From Candidatus Dormiibacterota bacterium (GTDB lineage: Bacteria; Chloroflexota; Dormibacteria; Aeolococcales; Bog-877), in contig DAHVMY010000003.1 of the NCBI GenBank assembly GCA_027319585.1, positions 35,115-99,114 on the forward strand: 64,000 bases of DNA, written 5' to 3'. This document shows positions 62,123 through 64,000 of the stretch, piece after piece (within the stretch, counting starts at the first letter, position 1; each line of letters opens with the position of its first letter). A model generated the notes under the pieces. The model saw only the letters and a list, made by a program, of their open reading frames with translations. It made no database searches and had not been told where the DNA came from. Position numbers and translations under genes: made by a program.

Positions 62123-63484
62123 TCAGCGCATCTTGGGCAGTCGGGCGAGGGCTCCCATGGGATCCCACGCCGGCAGCACCGTGGGCTTCAGGCTCGCCGC
62201 CGCACGCAGCTCATCCGGGAGCCGGTCGCGATGGGCGGCGATCTCGAACACATACTCGTCGAACCAGGAGTCGTTCATCGCATAGAAGCCGTCACGTCCC
62301 TTGTCCTGTCCCCAGCTGTTCTCCACTCTCCAGCGGCGCGGGGCCCCATCGACCACATCCACGCCGGTGAACAGCATGGCGTGATCCATGGCAGACTCGT
62401 GGTAGAGCAGGCGGTCGGCCTTGGTCATCCCCATGTCGGTGTCATACACGGACGACAGGTCGTGCAGTTTGGCGTCCCAGATTCCGTACTCGTTGCTCAT
62501 CATCGGCCCCACGTTGGCGCCGAACCAGACCGGCTCACCGGCGAGCAGAGTCTCCATCGCGATCCGCTTCATGAGCCCGATCTCGACGTTGAGATACACC
62601 ACCGGCGGCGCGCCGACCACGTTGCCCAGGTACTCCACCGTGTAGGTGCGCCCGGTGGGGTTGTCCGGGCGCGGATCGTGGACCAGACACACATAGTCGC
62701 CCAAGGGCAGCCGAACGTAGCGCTGCGCGAACTCGGTCGGGGTCAGCCACCCGTCGCGGTGGAAACCACGATCCTTGTCGTTCCACTGCCACCAGAAGCG
62801 CTCCGGGGGCGTGCCCAGATGAATGCAGAGGACGCGGTAAATTGCTCGCAAAACCTCCATCTTCTCCGTGCGCGCCTGGTCCTGCCCCTGGCGGGCGGCC
62901 GCGCGCACCGCCTTGGCTCCCCGTCGCAGCAGCGTCCGCAGCGACCGGTTCATCCGCGCGGTGTTGGACGAGCTCTGGGTCTCCGGCATCGCCTCCTTGG
63001 GGACCAGCCCGTGCTTCTGCACGATGGCCACGAACATGTTCCATTGCCCGCCGTCTTCGGCCAGCGCGTCCAGGAGGTAGGCCACAGTGCGGTCATCAAG
63101 CTGGCGATCGCAGGTGGCAATGAAGGCTTCCAAGAGGTAGTTGGCCCGTTCCACCTTGTCCCAGAACATCGCGAAATTCTGGGAGAACTCGAATTCCTTC
63201 AACCCCATCTGTTGCATCGCCGACGCTCGCAACAGGTTCAGGCCGGCAAACAGCCAACAGCGCCCGCTGACCTTCTGGTCGGTCACCTTCCAGTCGTCAA
63301 GCGTCGTGGAGAAGCTGTGCGAGGTGCGGTTAACGATCTCGCGGTCCAGGGCCACATCGTCGATCGTGGTTTTGGTGACGGCGTTCTGCATGAGCCGATA
63401 CGCGGGCTTGGCCACAAACTCCTGCCGGAGACGATCGAGCGCGTCTGGACTGAGATCACCTTCCACGGGCTTGACTCCTTGCAT
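62123..63484 (-). CDS. pepC: Aminopeptidase C / bleomycin hydrolase (peptidase C1B)
   Basis: The catalytic Cys context is 'DQKVSGRCWLFAG'. A full-length 453-aa C1B-like sequence is present. Confidence 0.9.
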   Translation of the reverse strand: MQGVKPVEGDLSPDALDRLRQEFVAKPAYRLMQNAVTKTTIDDVALDREIVNRTSHSFSTTLDDWKVTDQKVSGRCWLFAGLNLLRASAMQQMGLKEFEFSQNFAMFWDKVERANYLLEAFIATCDRQLDDRTVAYLLDALAEDGGQWNMFVAIVQKHGLVPKEAMPETQSSSNTARMNRSLRTLLRRGAKAVRAAARQGQDQARTEKMEVLRAIYRVLCIHLGTPPERFWWQWNDKDRGFHRDGWLTPTEFAQRYVRLPLGDYVCLVHDPRPDNPTGRTYTVEYLGNVVGAPPVVYLNVEIGLMKRIAMETLLAGEPVWFGANVGPMMSNEYGIWDAKLHDLSSVYDTDMGMTKADRLLYHESAMDHAMLFTGVDVVDGAPRRWRVENSWGQDKGRDGFYAMNDSWFDEYVFEIAAHRDRLPDELRAAASLKPTVLPAWDPMGALARLPKMR

Positions 63485-64000
63485 TATTGGCGCGGGCGCT
63501 ACCTGAGTTCGATTCTACGCGGAGGCCCAAACCTCGACTACGGCCCGGCGCATGGAAAAGTTGGTGAGCCATCGGGGGCGGGGACATGGTCGGCCGGCCC
63601 ATCACCGCACAGGGATGGCTGGAGCGCGGCCCCCGGCGTGGCTGCGGCCGCGTCCCAGCAAGAGGACGCACAGCATGGAGAATCCGGCGATGTCGGCGCC
63701 GGCTCGACCGGCGTGACGCAGCGGCGCAGCAGGCGCTCGAGCATTGACGCGGACAAGGCGGAGCGGGCGCGGGCAGCTGCCACCAGCGCTGGCAGTGTAG
63801 CGGAGGCACGATCAACCGGCCGCGGTTGGTCCCCACCCCGGCATCGTTCCCGCTGGCCCATCACCGACGCGGGGGAATGGAGGAGAGCGAGACGCGCGAG
63901 TTGGCTCCCTGGGCTGGGTCGTGCCCGAAGGGGCCGTTCCGTCTCACTCTCAGGGCTTAGGGCGAGCGGCTAGCTTTGGGCGGCCGCGCCCAGCTGGGAA

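Noticed and set aside
62015-63973. 652-aa plus-strand ORF
   Set aside because: It is antisense to pepC, which has clear C1B peptidase motifs. Its composition is Arg/Gly/Pro/His-rich with no recognisable domain.
63485-64000. ORFs 63538..63864 (-) and 63456..63836 (-) at the right edge
   Set aside because: All three minus frames were inspected. They contain stops or give Ala/Pro/Arg/Cys-rich low-complexity peptides without motifs, so support is insufficient.
1-64000. CRISPR arrays, rRNA genes, IS elements and recognisable defence systems (RM, TA, CBASS, retron, Cas)
   Set aside because: No regularly spaced direct repeats were noticed while reading through. No transposase or reverse-transcriptase-like ORFs and no rRNA-like low-GC conserved blocks were seen either. 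The only tandem repeat found is the 42-bp intragenic one at 55561.

Overview
64 kb window of high-GC (roughly 65-70% by eye) bacterial chromosome, compatible with Actinobacteria- or Chloroflexi-like genomes (not assignable from this window). It is densely packed, and many adjacent genes share 1-nt or 4-nt stop/start overlaps (GTGA, ATGA, TTGA, TGATG). All domain calls were made by eye from the supplied translations, with no searches run. Most content is core metabolism. It includes the 3' end of an A2-type haem-copper oxidase operon (ctaC-ctaD-ctaA plus small membrane ORFs) and a complete arginine operon (argC-J-B-D-R-G-H). It also includes a dus / coaX / greA-lysS-serS block, helY-lgt, an orphan ParA, an N-terminal-GNAT Pat-type acetyltransferase, and pepC. 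The less ordinary parts are listed here. (1) A five-gene carotenoid operon (two lycopene-cyclase-domain subunits, a UbiA prenyltransferase fused to a GT2-like domain that seems to have lost its acidic catalytic motifs, crtI, crtB) sits next to a MarR regulator. (2) A 666-aa protein with domain order USP-USP-PCP_red-zinc ribbon-PCP_red and two C-terminal RCPV(V)HG motifs is joined to the end of argH. (3) A roughly 3.4 kb decayed accessory segment lies between serS and tRNA-Ser(UGA). It carries a pentapeptide-repeat protein, a coiled-coil protein with a 42-bp tandem repeat, and a truncated tyrosine-integrase fragment. (4) A 362-aa membrane protein downstream of the oxidase genes is built from internal repeats of about 75 aa with an 'FH(F/Y)' motif. 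(5) Two conserved enzymes (argH and an MBL hydrolase) have N-termini that can only be encoded from CTG starts. (6) The coaX-greA spacer holds a terminator-like hairpin oriented for a minus-strand transcript that has no annotated gene. No CRISPR array, rRNA, intact mobile element or recognisable defence system was seen. No single stretch stands out as a clearly novel multi-gene system. The carotenoid fusion gene and the USP/PCP_red protein are the best candidates for follow-up.
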